A DNA stretch of 64,000 nucleotides, from NCBI GenBank assembly GCA_964016885.1, contig OZ024743.1, positions 207,390,001 through 207,454,000 on the forward strand. Reading direction: 5' to 3'. A program made the position numbers and the translations under genes. This stretch comes from Eledone cirrhosa (lineage: Eukaryota). A model generated the notes under the pieces. The model worked only from the letters and a program-made list of their open reading frames with translations. It searched no databases and had not been told where the DNA came from. The number at the start of each line of letters is the position of its first letter. Positions within the stretch are counted from its first letter, which is position 1. Of this stretch, positions 1 through 11,843 are shown one piece after another.

Positions 1-905
1 GATTTTTAACTCTAATTAAGGTATGATTAACTTTAGAAATCACTGGTAACCCAACCAAATGCTGTGTAATATTGTTATAAAATAACTATGTGTGTGAGTA
101 TATATATGTGTATATATGTGTGTATATTGTTTTGTATGTTTTGCTAACTGACTACACAACAATTTATTGTAAAAAGAGCTTATTAACTGGGTTAAAATGA
201 GTAAAAATGTCAAAAGTAGAGAACCTTTAAACATTTGCACATTGTATCTTCCTTTCCATTACAGTTGTTCCATTGCTGCTTGAATTACAAGTTAATTCAG
301 TTGTCATTCAGGCTCACCACTTTGCGGTCCTTAAAAGGTCAACATTTTGTTTAAAAGTCCACATGACAAGCCCCACTTTTCATGCTTTTTCTCTCTTTTC
401 GTCTTCTTTGCTGTGGATGTAATCTCTGTTTTGTGTGTGTGTATGTGTGTGTATGAATATTTGTGTGTGTGTGCATATGTGTCTGGTGGATATCTGCGTG
501 TGTGTGTGAATTTGTGTTTGTGTGGAAGCATGTATGTGTACATGTAAGGTAGCAAAAGAGGTGAGTGTGTGTGACAGAGAGAGCCTGGGGGAAGAGATGG
601 AGAATGATAGCAATGGATAGAAACAGAGAAAGGAAGAGATTAGGAAAGAGAGTGTGAGAGAGAGGGGAGAGGCAGAGAGAGAGTTGTTGTTTTTAGTCCA
701 ATTATTTGGCAGTGATGTTAAAACAACATTGAACTTTGTTTTGTTAATGTTGTTTTTTCTTGATCCAACATCCCTATATTTCTGTTTTATATGATATCTT
801 TGATTCCGTAATTAAATTAAGTAATTTACTAATTAAACGAACAATTAACTATCTGTCAGATAGATAAATCTAATTTATAACAACAAATGTGTGTGTGTGT
901 GATTT

Positions 906-956
<51 letters not shown>

Positions 957-961
<5 letters not shown>

Positions 962-1113
962 ATATTCCGTTATAACGAATTTTTCAGTATAACAAAATTT
1001 TGTTTCAATCCCCGGCCACACAATGTACTCCAGTCGATCTTGTTATTAAGAATTTTTTGTTACAATGAATTTTTTTTATACCCCATGAATTTCGTTATAA
1101 CGGAATTTTACTG
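957..1113. mobile_element. Tc1/mariner-pogo-type MITE
   Basis: Imperfect terminal inverted repeats gtaatattccgttataacgaa...ttcgttataacggaattttactg, followed by TA; internal repeats of the TIR core. Confidence 0.6.
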
Positions 1114-1169
1114 TATACAGTCCTGATGTGTGCAAGTCCTGATGTATGGTGTTGTCATCTGGCCAGACT

Positions 1170-1803
1170 TGTCTCATAACAAGACCACCCAGTTCCACAC
1201 TGTAAACATGGTTGGTAGTAAGAAGGGCATCCAGCAGCTGTAAAAACCCAACCTAAATACGGTCCCACTATGTGCAAGGCATGGCACGGACAACTGGCCA
1301 GACCTTCCTCATAATGGTACCACCCAGTTTCACACTGTAAACATGGTTGGTGTTAGGAAGGGCATCCAGCTGTAAAAAATTCCAGCAAAAATACAGTTCT
1401 GTTTGAACAAGTTGCGGTGTGGCCAGCTGGCAAGACTTGTCTCATAACATGGACAACCCGTTTAACCCATGCAAGCATGGAAAAATAGACATCAAACAAC
1501 GATGATGATGATGTTAATATTATATATATATATAAAGCGCCCAGTCCACACTGTAAAGTGGTTGTGTAGGAGTCATAACAAAAAGCGCCCAGTCCACACT
1601 GTAAAGTAGTCATGTAGGTGTCACGACAAAAAGCACCCAGCACACACTGTAAATGTCGTTGGCATTAGGAAGGGCATCCAACCGTAGAAACCAAGCCCAA
1701 ATCATTCCTGTGTGAGCAAAACATGGTCCTCTGACCTGATCTCTTATAAAGGGACAGCCTGTCCTACTCATGCTAGCGTGGAAAAATTGATGATGATGAT
1801 GAG
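1170..1803 (+). mobile_element. Two 5'-truncated RTE 3'-UTR/tail copies
   Basis: ggttggtgttaggaagggcatccagc...catgc(a/t)agc(a/g)tggaaaa...(gat)n, matching the 3' UTR of the RTE LINEs at 50445-50933 and 29920-30220. Confidence 0.75.
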
Positions 1804-3141
1804 ATATATATATATATAATGAAGGAAGAGTGGTAAGGAACCAGATGGACCATAATGCACCAAAGTACTCAATACTATATATATATATATATATATATAT
1901 ATTTGGCAGGGATTTCAAGAACAGAGATGTCAATGATTTTCTACCTAACTCTAATTAGGAAATAGCAAACAAGCCTTATGCAGTAGATTAAGGGTCAGCT
2001 CTTTAGCCTATCTCAAATGGCTCAAACACTCTGATGTTTTTATTCATTTATATATATATATTTAAAATTTTATTTAATCTGCATCACCTAACACCTCGGT
2101 AATACAAGCTGCCAATGATGACAAGAACTTCACTGTCAGCAGCCCAACTCCACCAACGGCTCTAGGCTCCAACGTGACATGCTGGAAAAATAGTTATTTG
2201 ATAGTCCCCACCCCCACCCTGGTATTTATGATATGTGTTCATATTTGTATTTATATTTTCATTCTGTAAGAACTATAAACAATATGTAATGTTTTGTTGT
2301 TTGTTTTGATATGTAGCAGGATGGGATTTGAACTCAGCATATTTCAGTTCAGAAACTGGTTTTCTCATCAACAATTTCTATATCCACCTCTAGCACACCT
2401 TGGTTGTATTTGTCAGCCAATAATGAATCTATATTGATTTCTTGTATACAATTGTGTTAATAATTATGACAGTAGATTGACAGTCATTAGAGCATTGGAC
2501 AAAATGCTTTGTACCAGGGTTGATAAAATAAAGTACCAGTCATGTACTGGGTTCAGTGTAATCAACTTTCTCTTCCTTACAAATTGTTGGCCTAGGACCC
2601 AAAATTAGAAATAATTTTTGTTTATAATAAATTATGTGGCTCTGATAGTCTCAATTATTTTGGCGAAGGTAGGCCAGGCTAAAATGGCTCTTTATATTGA
2701 AAAGTCCTGTTCAACCCATGCCAGTATTCAAAAGTCAATGTAAAAATGATGAGGATATACCCTTTAAAACAAGCAGTATTGTATCATAGAACCGGAGGTG
2801 GTTCAGATAGTTTGGTGTAAAAAGTCGAAAATATAAAGTATTATTTTTCACTTTTTCCTTTTTCTTTATTCAAGGTTTCAAGGTTACATTATAAATTATG
2901 AGTTGGAGAGTTCCTGGAACTGTGAGATTGTTCTGTAATCAGGTGGGATTTTAGTGTTCAACATATAATCTAATGAGAAACTCAGTGAAACCCAGTAGAG
3001 CTTCTGTAAAAGCCATGTCTACTGGAGACCTGCTCTCATATATCACCTACCAGTGTCACCTTACCATTGAGAAATTTGTCACAAACACAATGTTGTGTTT
3101 GACATCCGCAAAGCATTTAACCCTCTAGTGTTTGGCATATA

Positions 3142-3460
3142 GTGAAGGCTTTGTGGTTAGGGTATTCGGCTTACAATCGTATGGTTGTGCTTGATTCCTG
3201 GTGGTGCATTGTGTCCTTGAACAAGACACTTTATTTCACATTGCTCCAGTCCATTCAAGTGGCAGGAATGAGTTGTACCTGTGGTTCAAAAGGTCAGCCT
3301 TGTCACATTCTCTGTTGTGCTGGATCTCCCTGAGAACTACATTAAGGGTGCACGTGTTTGTGGAATGCTCAGCCACTTGTATGTTAAATTTACGAGCAGG
3401 CTGTTGTGTTGAATGGATCAACTGGAACACTCATCATCATAACCGACGGAGTGCCTCAGT
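3142..3460 (+). mobile_element. Old tRNA-derived SINE (family 2)
   Basis: tRNA-like head gtggttagggtattcggc followed by tgtgtccttgaacaagacactttatttcacattgctccagt; related copies at 34700-34850 (+), and more distant ones at 13860-14110, 55440-55615 and 57495-57730 (-). Confidence 0.6.
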
Positions 3461-4254
3461 TTGGAACATAAATCTAAACTGAGCTGTCTGTTTCTTGGAT
3501 CAAAAGTATTCTCATTACATATGCTGATAGAGTTTTCTTTGACCCACACACCATCCATCAACTCTTGTGTGTGTCTCAAGGTTTGATTATATCTCCCACA
3601 TTTTTTCTCTTCTAAACATAAACAATCTCTTTGCTATCATTGCCAATGATAGCCACTTCATTTCTTGCCACTTGCATACAGAGGTTTGGGGATGCTTGGG
3701 GCTAACACCTTGATTGTATGCCCCTAAAACTCAAGTATAGGGCTTTTTTTTATTTGAGCAAAATTTTAGGTGGGCACTTGAGAAATCTAAGTGGGCACAG
3801 CCCTGTAACCATATTGAATGGAGATTTTGTTATGTTCCAAACACTGAAAATGGTAGGATTAGGGTTACTCTTGATGAAATCATAGAAGTATTTTGGGCAC
3901 TTCAAACCTGGTGGAGTTTATCACCCCTCCAGATCAGAACACAGCTTATTTCTTCTAGAGGAGGGGAGTAAGAGAGGGGGCGAAAACAGAGAAGTGAGAA
4001 ATGGATATTGATGAAAAATCACCCCCAGTATTGAACTGGTTCTATTTTATCAACCTGGAAAGGATGAAAGGCAAAGTTAACTTTAGGTGGGATTTAGTAC
4101 AAAAACCTCAATGAATACCATAAAACATTCTGTCTGATGTTTTAACAACTCTGCGCTGGTTATATTACTTGATTATTTTGGAAATTATTTGAACATCATA
4201 TGTAGTGTCTTTCATTGGAAATATAAGGAAAGGGCTAAAGAGTTTGATAATGAT

Positions 4255-4628
4255 AATATAATGAAAATTATTGTGTACTGTGTTCAAGTGCACTATAACT
4301 CATCAAAGGTACTTGTATAGTGCATAGAATAATGTACAAATGTCAGGAAAGTGAACAATGTATGAGTCATGACATACACAGATACATGCGTGTATGAATA
4401 TGGAGGGGGAATATCAGGTGAGGTAATAATGATAATAATGAAATTATTGTGTACAGTGCTCAGTTGGTGAATTTCAGGAAGCATGGAAGTTTTGAAGGAT
4501 GCAGTGTCCTGACAGTGAACAACTGATGCTGGTAGTTTGTTCCATGCTTCAACAACTATGAGCGTGAAAAAATGTTTCAAAAATTCATGGGAGCTGTACT
4601 ATTTTCTGACTTTGTAAGCATGTCCAAT
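4255..4628 (-). mobile_element. CR1/L2-group LINE 3' end remnant
   Basis: Translation KHFFTLIVVEAWNKLPASVVHCQDTASFK matches the typical ORF2 C-terminus FF..RVV..WN.LP..VV...FK; a short related piece lies at 22040-22115. Confidence 0.65.
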
Positions 4629-4903
4629 GTAAACTTTGTGCCATATTGTATTTTTCAAGAATATTATGTAATTTCATGCACTACAAGACATTAAGATATG
4701 GTCACTGCAGCAGGGCAGCTGATATCTTTAACTATACATAATGTATTTTCTGTTCCAAAATAGCAGGGTTGTTTGCACTTGAAGGAAATTTTGATGGAAA
4801 CATTCCACCAATACTCCTTGTTTTCTGTATTTTTCTATGTGTTTATGTATGTGTATGTGTGTGGGCGTTTATGTATGCTCATGTGTGAGCATATATATAT
4901 ATA

Positions 4904-5087
4904 GGGCGGTGGATTGGCAGTACCGGTAGAGGGTAGGACGCCATGCTTTGCAGCATAGAGTTACGGCCCTTTATGATCTGAGTTCAAATCTCGCCGAGGT
5001 CAACTTTGCCTTTCATCCTTACGGGGTCGATAAAATAAAGTACCAGTAATACACTGGGGTAATTGCTGGCCTTGTGCCAAAAGTAGA

Positions 5088-5092
<5 letters not shown>
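4904..5092 (+). mobile_element. tRNA-derived SINE (family 1), full length
   Basis: A box tggcagtaccgg, B box gagttcaaatc, core ctttgcctttcatccttacggggtcgataaaataaagtaccag, end ggccttgtgccaaaagtagaaac. Confidence 0.85.
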
Positions 5093-5125
<33 letters not shown>

Positions 5126-5284
5126 AGAGAAGAAGCATGTATTTTTTCAACTCCATTTTATTTCCTATTATGCTGCATTTCAAAAGTGATGAATAGCTTA
5201 CTAGTTTCTTGTTCATTGCATCACTCATCAGATACACACCATAGATTGTTGACCTAAAAAAAAGCAACAACAAATTACTATACA

Positions 5285-5680
5285 GATCATCATCATCATC
5301 ATCATCATTCCTGTTTTACATCCATTCTTCCATGTTAGCATGGGTTAGACGGGTTGTCCTGTTGTGGGCAATGTTAGGTCGGGTGACCTTGTCTTGCTCA
5401 TACGGGAACTGATTTTAGCTTGATGCCCTTCCTAACACCAACCTTATTTACAGTGAGTACTGGGTACTTTTTTTGTCATGACACCTCCACGACCTCTTTG
5501 CAGTGGGAGGGGTTGGGGGCATATCTATATGCTTCGACTTCGGCTTGTTCCTGTGGAAAGTCAGGTCTTCTGTATTACTGCGTGAGAGGTGCAATTGGGC
5601 AAGGTCCGCTTTTATCACCTCATCCCTGGTCTTCTTGGGTCTCCCCACCCCATGGCTTCCATCAACTTTTAGTACTATAC
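5285..5680 (-). mobile_element. RTE LINE 3' fragment (subfamily B-like)
   Basis: LKVDGSHGVGRPKKTRDEVIKADLAQLHLS plus 3' UTR and (gat)n tail; similar to 29750-30220. Confidence 0.8.
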
Positions 5681-5719
5681 AGATATATATATATATATAT
5701 ATATAAATGAAAAATTCAG

Positions 5720-5808
5720 AACTCCAACGGCTGAGCTCCTGCCGTTTCGTTTCAACAGCTAGATCCAAGTTCGGATCTAGCTGTTGAAACAGCAACTGTT
5801 GGGGTCCC
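5720..5808. repeat. Short palindromic (MITE-like) element
   Basis: Inner hairpin gtttcaacagctagatcc-aagttc-ggatctagctgttgaaac with outer imperfect inverted ends; relatives at about 32322-32360 and 33156-33216. Confidence 0.55.
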
Positions 5809-6379
5809 AAATGTTTCCTATTACCCACTCTACTACCCCAACTATCGAGTACTCTAGTGCATAATGGCCTAACTGGCTTTTACTGTATCCATTTGATATA
5901 TATATATATATATATATATAATTATCCATTATACCTTTGTTTTATAAAATAGCAGCATGTGATTTGAAGATTTGGCTGCTGTTTCTAGTAAATTTTGTGA
6001 CTTTGGAATTATTGTATATTGTTCTTCTCATACTGGGTGGTTAGGTACAAATGTTACCTTATTTCTTGGCATCAAAAACTCTATCACATTCCTGAAATAT
6101 TTCTCAAAAAACGTTGCTTCCTTGAGGATGAAGGTTACATTTTTCATAAGTCACTTTTGACACAAGAGATGTGCTATCTATGCTAGACAGTAAGAATTTG
6201 AACTCCCTACATGAACTCTGAAAGAAGAATATAAATCATGCTTAGGTAAGACAGGAAATAAACAAAAATTATAATTAAAAAGTATATTAACCGCCCCCCC
6301 CGGACATAATTGCAATAATTCATTCCCATATTAGCAGATGACAGCTGATGAGCCAGCTCGCTAATATCAATTTACAGGT

Positions 6380-6835
6380 TGCTGTTGTTGCTGTTCTTCT
6401 TCACCCTCTTATCCCCCCCCCCCCCGAGAGGATCATGGAGGGAGGCACAGTCCTCAAACACTCCTTCCAGCAGGTCCTGTCAGAAGCACCCATCTTGAAC
6501 TGATTTGGTTGGATTCCCAAACGAGAACAGCCAAGCTCATGGATGTTATCCAATCATCTTGGTTTTGCCCAAAAAATCTGTCCACCAATTTTTTCCTGAG
6601 ACATTCTAACCCATAGTATTGAAACTGTGATCTCTTAACTTGGAGAAGTACCAGCTCTACTTGGAGTGACTCTCTTATCTTCGAGCTATGCACTTTATCA
6701 AGTAACATTACTCCGATGACCCTTTGGAGAAACCCCATTTTGGCAGCTTGTATTTGCAATCATATTCTTTCAGTCATTACCCAAGATTCATAGGTAAGGG
6801 CTGGCACGAATACTGAATTGAAGATAGATAGCTTT
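6380..6835 (-). mobile_element. Degenerate RTE-type LINE 3' fragment (second RTE family)
   Basis: IQAAKMGFLQRVIGVMLLDKVHSSKIRESLQVE...SQFQYYG resembles the RTE ORF C-terminus; related pieces at 22680-22985, 24940-25050 and 56570-56765 (+). Confidence 0.7.
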
Positions 6836-7103
6836 TACACCTACCTCAAGCAATTCTTGTACTTAATTCAGCCTCCTGCTTTCCATCACTCATGGTCACT
6901 AAGTATAATAGATCAACAAGCTCTATATATCTCTAAGCCAATGACTATATAGGATCAAGAAGATCTATATGTCACTAACTACAGGGGTTTAACAGATCTA
7001 TGTCATTAATCTACTAACAAAACATCTAGGTAAAATACATTTATTATTTTAATGCTGATATTAAAATTGTGGTGTGTCTTCAATACCTGGAAATATGGTA
7101 ATT

Positions 7104-8525
7104 GTAGCAGAGACTTCTGGTGTTCTTGGCCCTAAGACCACCTCCCTACTCACCACCATCGGCACAGAGTTGGCTACCTATAGCAGTAGAGATTTCTGGT
7201 GTCCTGAGCCTTAAGACCACCTCCCTGCCCACCACCATTGGCACAGAGTTGGCTACCTATAGCAGTAGAGATTTCTGGTGTCCTGAGCCTTAAGACCACC
7301 TCCCTGCCCACCACCATTGGCACAGAGTTGGCTACCTATAGCAGTAGAGACTTCTGGTGTCCTTGGCCTTAAGACCACCTCCCTACTCACCACCATTGGC
7401 ACAGAGTTGGCTACCTATAGCAGTGGAGACTTCTGGTGTCCTTGGCCCTAAGACCACCTCCCTACTCACCACCATTGGCACAGAGCTGGCTACCTATAGC
7501 AGTGGAGACTTCTGGTGTCCTTGGCCTTAAGACCACCTCCCTACTCACCACCATTGGCACAGAGTTGGCTACCTATAGCAGTAGAGACTTCTGGTGTTCT
7601 TGGCCCTAAGACCACCTCCCTACTCACCACCATCGGCACAGAGTTGGCTACCTATAGCAGTAGAGACTTCTGGTGTCCTTGGCCTTAAGACCATCTCCCT
7701 ACTCACCACCATTGGCACAGAGTTGGCTACCTATAGCAGTAGAGACTTCTGGTGTCCTTGGCCTTAAGATCACCTCCCTACTCACCACCATTGGCACAGA
7801 GTTGGCTACCTATAGCAGTAGAGACTTCTGGTGTCCTTGGCCTTAAGACCACCTCCCTACTCACCACCATTGGCACAGAGTTGGCTACCTATAGCAGTAG
7901 AGACTTCTGGTGTCCTTGGCCTTAAGACCATCTCCCTACTCACCACCATTGGCACAGAGTTGGCTACCTATAGCAGTAGAGACTTCTGGTGTCCTTGGCC
8001 TTAAGACCACCTCCCTACTCACCACCATTGGCACAGAGTTGGCTACCTATAGCAGTAGAGACTTCTGGTGTCCTTGGCCTTAAGACCACCTCCCTACTCA
8101 CCACCATTGGCACAGAGTTGGCTACCTATAGCAGTAGAGACTTCTGGTGTCCTTGGCCTTAAGACCACCTCCCTACCCACCACCATTGGCACAGAGTTGA
8201 CTACCTATAGCAGTGGAGACTTCTGGTGTCCTTGGCCTTAAGACCACCTCCCTACTCACCACTATTGGCACAGAGTTGACTACCTATAGCAGTGGAGACT
8301 TCTGGTGTCCTTGGCCTTAAGACCACCTCCCTACTCACCACCATTGGCACAGAGTTGGCTACCTATAGCAGTAGAAACTTCTGGTGTCCTTGGCCTTAAG
8401 ACCACCTCCCTGCCCACCACCATTGGCACAGAGTTGGCTACCTATAGCAGTAGAAACTTCTGGTATCCTTGGCCCTAGGACCACCTGACTACTCACTACC
8501 ATCAGCATGGAGTTGGCTACCCACA
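7104..8525 (+). repeat. 79-bp minisatellite, about 18 copies
   Basis: Unit tagcagtagagacttctggtgtccttggccttaagaccacctccctactcaccaccattggcacagagttggctaccta; unit starts at 7181, 7260 and 7339. Confidence 0.95.
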
Positions 8526-8640
8526 TGTGTGAGCCTCGCGAGCTGGAATGACTCTTCCAATGCTGTCTCCCTCACCAACCTCCGGGGAAATGCCTTCTCT
8601 ATTCTGTCCACCGGGTCTGCAGGGTGGCCAGCGCATGGGC
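8440..8640 (+). mobile_element. CRE-like RLE-type non-LTR retrotransposon C-terminal remnant
   Basis: Disrupted reading PIAVETSG.LGP...ELATHMCEPRELE*LFQ/SLTNLRGNAFSIL resembles the C-terminus of CRE-clade ORFs (P.AVET.G.WG...LFQRLS.A..RGNA..IL). Confidence 0.6.
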
Positions 8641-8983
8641 TCCCATCTTCTTATAATAGCGAGAGAGACGGAGGCAGTGAGTGAGAGAGAACTTCAACAC
8701 ACACACACTTGATAAGGCAATGATAGATGTTATATAGAACAACTATAATAGAAAATATATTCCTAAGACATTGGTAGCAGAAACTAAACTTCTTACAGGT
8801 CTTACGAAGCATATTTTAAAGGAAAATCTTACCCAGACAAATACCGTATAAACCAGTTTACAGTAATATACGCTAATATACTGAAGTAATCTTGTAATAT
8901 TGAAGACATTTAGATAAAAATCTTTGTTAATATAGGGGAAAAACTATTCTCAGTGGTAAACAAATTTTCCTCTTATGTTTCAG

Positions 8984-9096
8984 ATAACCAGAAACTGATC
9001 TTGTTCATTGTGCTTCCGGTTTGCTTGGCTGTCGTGGCATTTATTGTGGTGGCCATTTTAGTACGTTGCTTTCGGAGAAGAAAAGCAGCAACGCAG
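8984..9096 (+). CDS. Host gene exon: transmembrane helix plus basic stop-transfer
   Basis: Acceptor ttttcctcttatgtttcag (8983); NQKLILFIVLPVCLAVVAFIVVAILVRCFRRRKAATQ; donor CAG|gttgaa; starts phase 1, ends phase 0. Confidence 0.85.
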
Positions 9097-9569
9097 GTTG
9101 AATATTTTTTGTTGTTTCGATTAATGTATGAACAAGAGGATGATGTAGTTTGCTTGACACATCGTGTAAAATGTAGAAATTAGTGTTTTATTAGAAGGCT
9201 ACCATAATGCAAAAGGGATAGTAATTGTTAAAATATAACAAAGATGTTGCGATGTTATCTTACACTTGTTTAATGATCCTTCTATTTTATGATAAGATCC
9301 TTTTAGTAAAGAATAATTGAAGAAACTAATTTAAAAATGTCAGCGCATTCCTCCATTATTCTTTTAATGAAATTATTTTATCCCAAAATATGGGGACCAT
9401 TAAACAACTCCAAGGTAACATCTTATCATGTTTGTTATTATATTTTTATATTTTTAGCCTTCTAATAAAACCCTATTTTCTAATGTATGAATGTATGTAT
9501 GTAAAGGGGGTTATACAAAGGAATGAGGAGGAGGGCTATGCTCTGGGGGAGAAATTGTAATTGCATTAT

Positions 9570-10015
9570 ATTGGTAGAGCACTAGACACCATGCTTCACG
9601 GCATAGAGTTACAGCCCTTTACGTTCTGATTTCAAATAATGCTGAGGTTAGCTTTGCCTTTCATCCTTACGGGTTGGATAAAATAAAGTACCAGTAAGCA
9701 CTGGGGAGATTTAATCGACCCCCCCCCCCCGAAAAAAACAATTGCTGGCCTTGTGCCTAAAGTAGAAACAATTATTAATATATAATCGCAATATTCGAGG
9801 GCAGTTGATCAGCAGAATCATGAGTACATCAAATGAAGTATATTGTAATATTTCCTTATGGCCTTATGTTCTAAGTTCAAATCTAACAAAGGTGAACTTT
9901 GTGTTTCATCCTTTCAGAGTTGATAAAATATAGTACTAGTCAAATACTGGGGTTGATTTAATTGACTTTCTACTCCCCACCAGATTTACAAGCCTTATGT
10001 CTATATAGAAATCAT
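9570..10015 (+). mobile_element. Two SINE family 1 copies (one younger, one degenerate)
   Basis: Same core as 4904-5092 at about 9570-9775 and 9800-10015. Confidence 0.75.
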
Positions 10016-10051
10016 TATTGTGTATACATTTTTGGGAACACCCTGTATAAA

Positions 10052-10087
<36 letters not shown>

Positions 10088-10092
10088 TGTAT

Positions 10093-10625
10093 ATGTCGGG
10101 TCACTCTTAAGTGCTACTGGTAACATGTAACCCAGTACAATCTGTCGCATGGTCGGGTCGTCGGCGACTAAACCAGCAACCCCATCAAGTTTACTTGGTG
10201 AGGAGCATGATTTTGGACACCCTGCAGGACGAAAAACAAAACCTGACAAAGGACGGAAGAAATCATAAGAGTCAACGGCCATCCAAAAGTTTGTAAATAT
10301 GTATATAGACATGTACCGCGCGGTTAAACCACTGGGAGTGAAGGACCCTAGCCTTTGGCAGGGTATTCTTCTAGGAGAAGGCAACTCAGGAAACTGGGAT
10401 AACTCCGATATAAAACCTGCGGCTCAGTAGTTACTGATGATGTTGATCTCTTCTTCTTTTCGGGTTATAGCTACTGTGGCTCAGGGAGTGGGATTGGCTC
10501 AGTGCACAGTCTTTCCCCACTTTAAAAAATATCTTCACGCACAGGCATTGCACGATAGAATTAATTAATAATTATTATTAATGGTATATCGTGCAATGGC
10601 CATACTCGATAACGAGGGGGCAGCA
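10093..10625 (+). mobile_element. Unclassified ~530-bp interspersed element, copy 1
   Basis: Colinear with the reverse complement of 62817-63430; 12-bp hairpin cattgcacgata/tatcgtgcaatg near the 3' end; (tatg)n immediately upstream. Confidence 0.8.
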
Positions 10626-10770
10626 TATATATATATAGTTTAGGGATTGTAATGTCCAGTTACTGTAGGTTCATAAAAAAGTGAGCACTCGATTCATAGT
10701 TTCCAGTAGGTATATTGGTGTTGTACCAAACACTAGCACCTTGTCCTTTTTTATTATTATTATTATCATA

Positions 10771-11185
10771 GGGCGGTGGATTGGCAGTATCGGTAGAGGG
10801 TCAGACGACATGCTTTGCAGTTATGGCCCTTTATGATCTGAGTTCAAATCCCACCGAGGTTAGCTTTGCCTTTTATCCTTACGGGGTCGATAAAATAAAG
10901 TACCAGTAATACACTGGGGGTCGATTTAATCGACTTTCTCCTCCCCCAAAATTGCTGGCCTTGTGCCTATATAAGAAACCATTATTATTATTATCATAGG
11001 GTGGTGGATTGGTAGTATCGGTAGAGGGTCGGATGCCATGCTTTGCAGCAGAGTTAAGGCCCTTTATGGTCTGAGTTCAAATCCTGCCGAGGTTAACTTT
11101 GCTTTTCATCCTTACGGGGGTCGATAAAATAAAGTACCCAGTAATGCACTGGGATAATTGCTGGCCTTGTGCCAAAAGTAGAAAT
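10771..11185 (+). mobile_element. Two tandem full-length SINE family 1 copies
   Basis: Copies at about 10771-10980 and 10999-11185, each bounded by attattattatcata. Confidence 0.85.
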
Positions 11186-11300
11186 AATAATTATTATTAT
11201 CATATCATCATCATCACCGTAAAACGGTGATGATGATGATGATATATATATAGTCAAAAATATATGGAGGAGAAAGCGAAACATTTATAAACAGGATTTA

Positions 11301-11416
11301 ATTCTGAGTGTTTCGTCTTCAAGTACATTTATAATACAGTAGGTAGACACATATGTGTGTATATATGTGTATATATTCTACAGTTGAGATGCACTTATAA
11401 GACTCATCAGAGAAAA
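11301..11416 (-). ncRNA. Probable degenerate type I hammerhead ribozyme (Penelope pLTR-like)
   Basis: Minus strand: tttct CTGATGA gtctt ataagtgcat...atgtacttg aagac GAAA cac TC agaat; stem II is long and stem III has shrunk. Confidence 0.5.
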
Positions 11417-11811
11417 ATGATTGTCCTTAAAGATGTTGCTGAAGGGAAAGTCCAAGTCTGTACGACAGCAAAGTAAGGCTTCACATTCATGATACATTTA
11501 TTCTTTAAGACAAATGTTTGGAGGTATAAGAACACATCTGCATTCATGATATATATGTATATCAACCCCCAAAAAACCCTTCTGTAATAAGTATATTTAA
11601 AACCCATTGTGCCCCCGACCCCACCTCAGTAAATACCACACCTGACACCTTCTCTAAACAACTGAGTTCTAGCCAGTGTCTAATTATATTCCACTTCATC
11701 ATTCTTCTTCTAAACACTGAACTTAACATCTCACCATTTGTTAATCTTAACTTTGGTGATATTTTAGGATCGACTGGCCTTTGCTTCTTTTTGATTCCAA
11801 TGAAATAATGT

Positions 11812-11843
<32 letters not shown>

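Noticed and set aside
4904-4995. tRNA gene
   Set aside because: A and B boxes are present, but there is no cloverleaf and the sequence continues into a multi-copy SINE body.
7104-8525. Possible CRISPR array
   Set aside because: The units are contiguous near-identical 79-mers with no unique spacers, there are no cas genes, and the context is eukaryotic.
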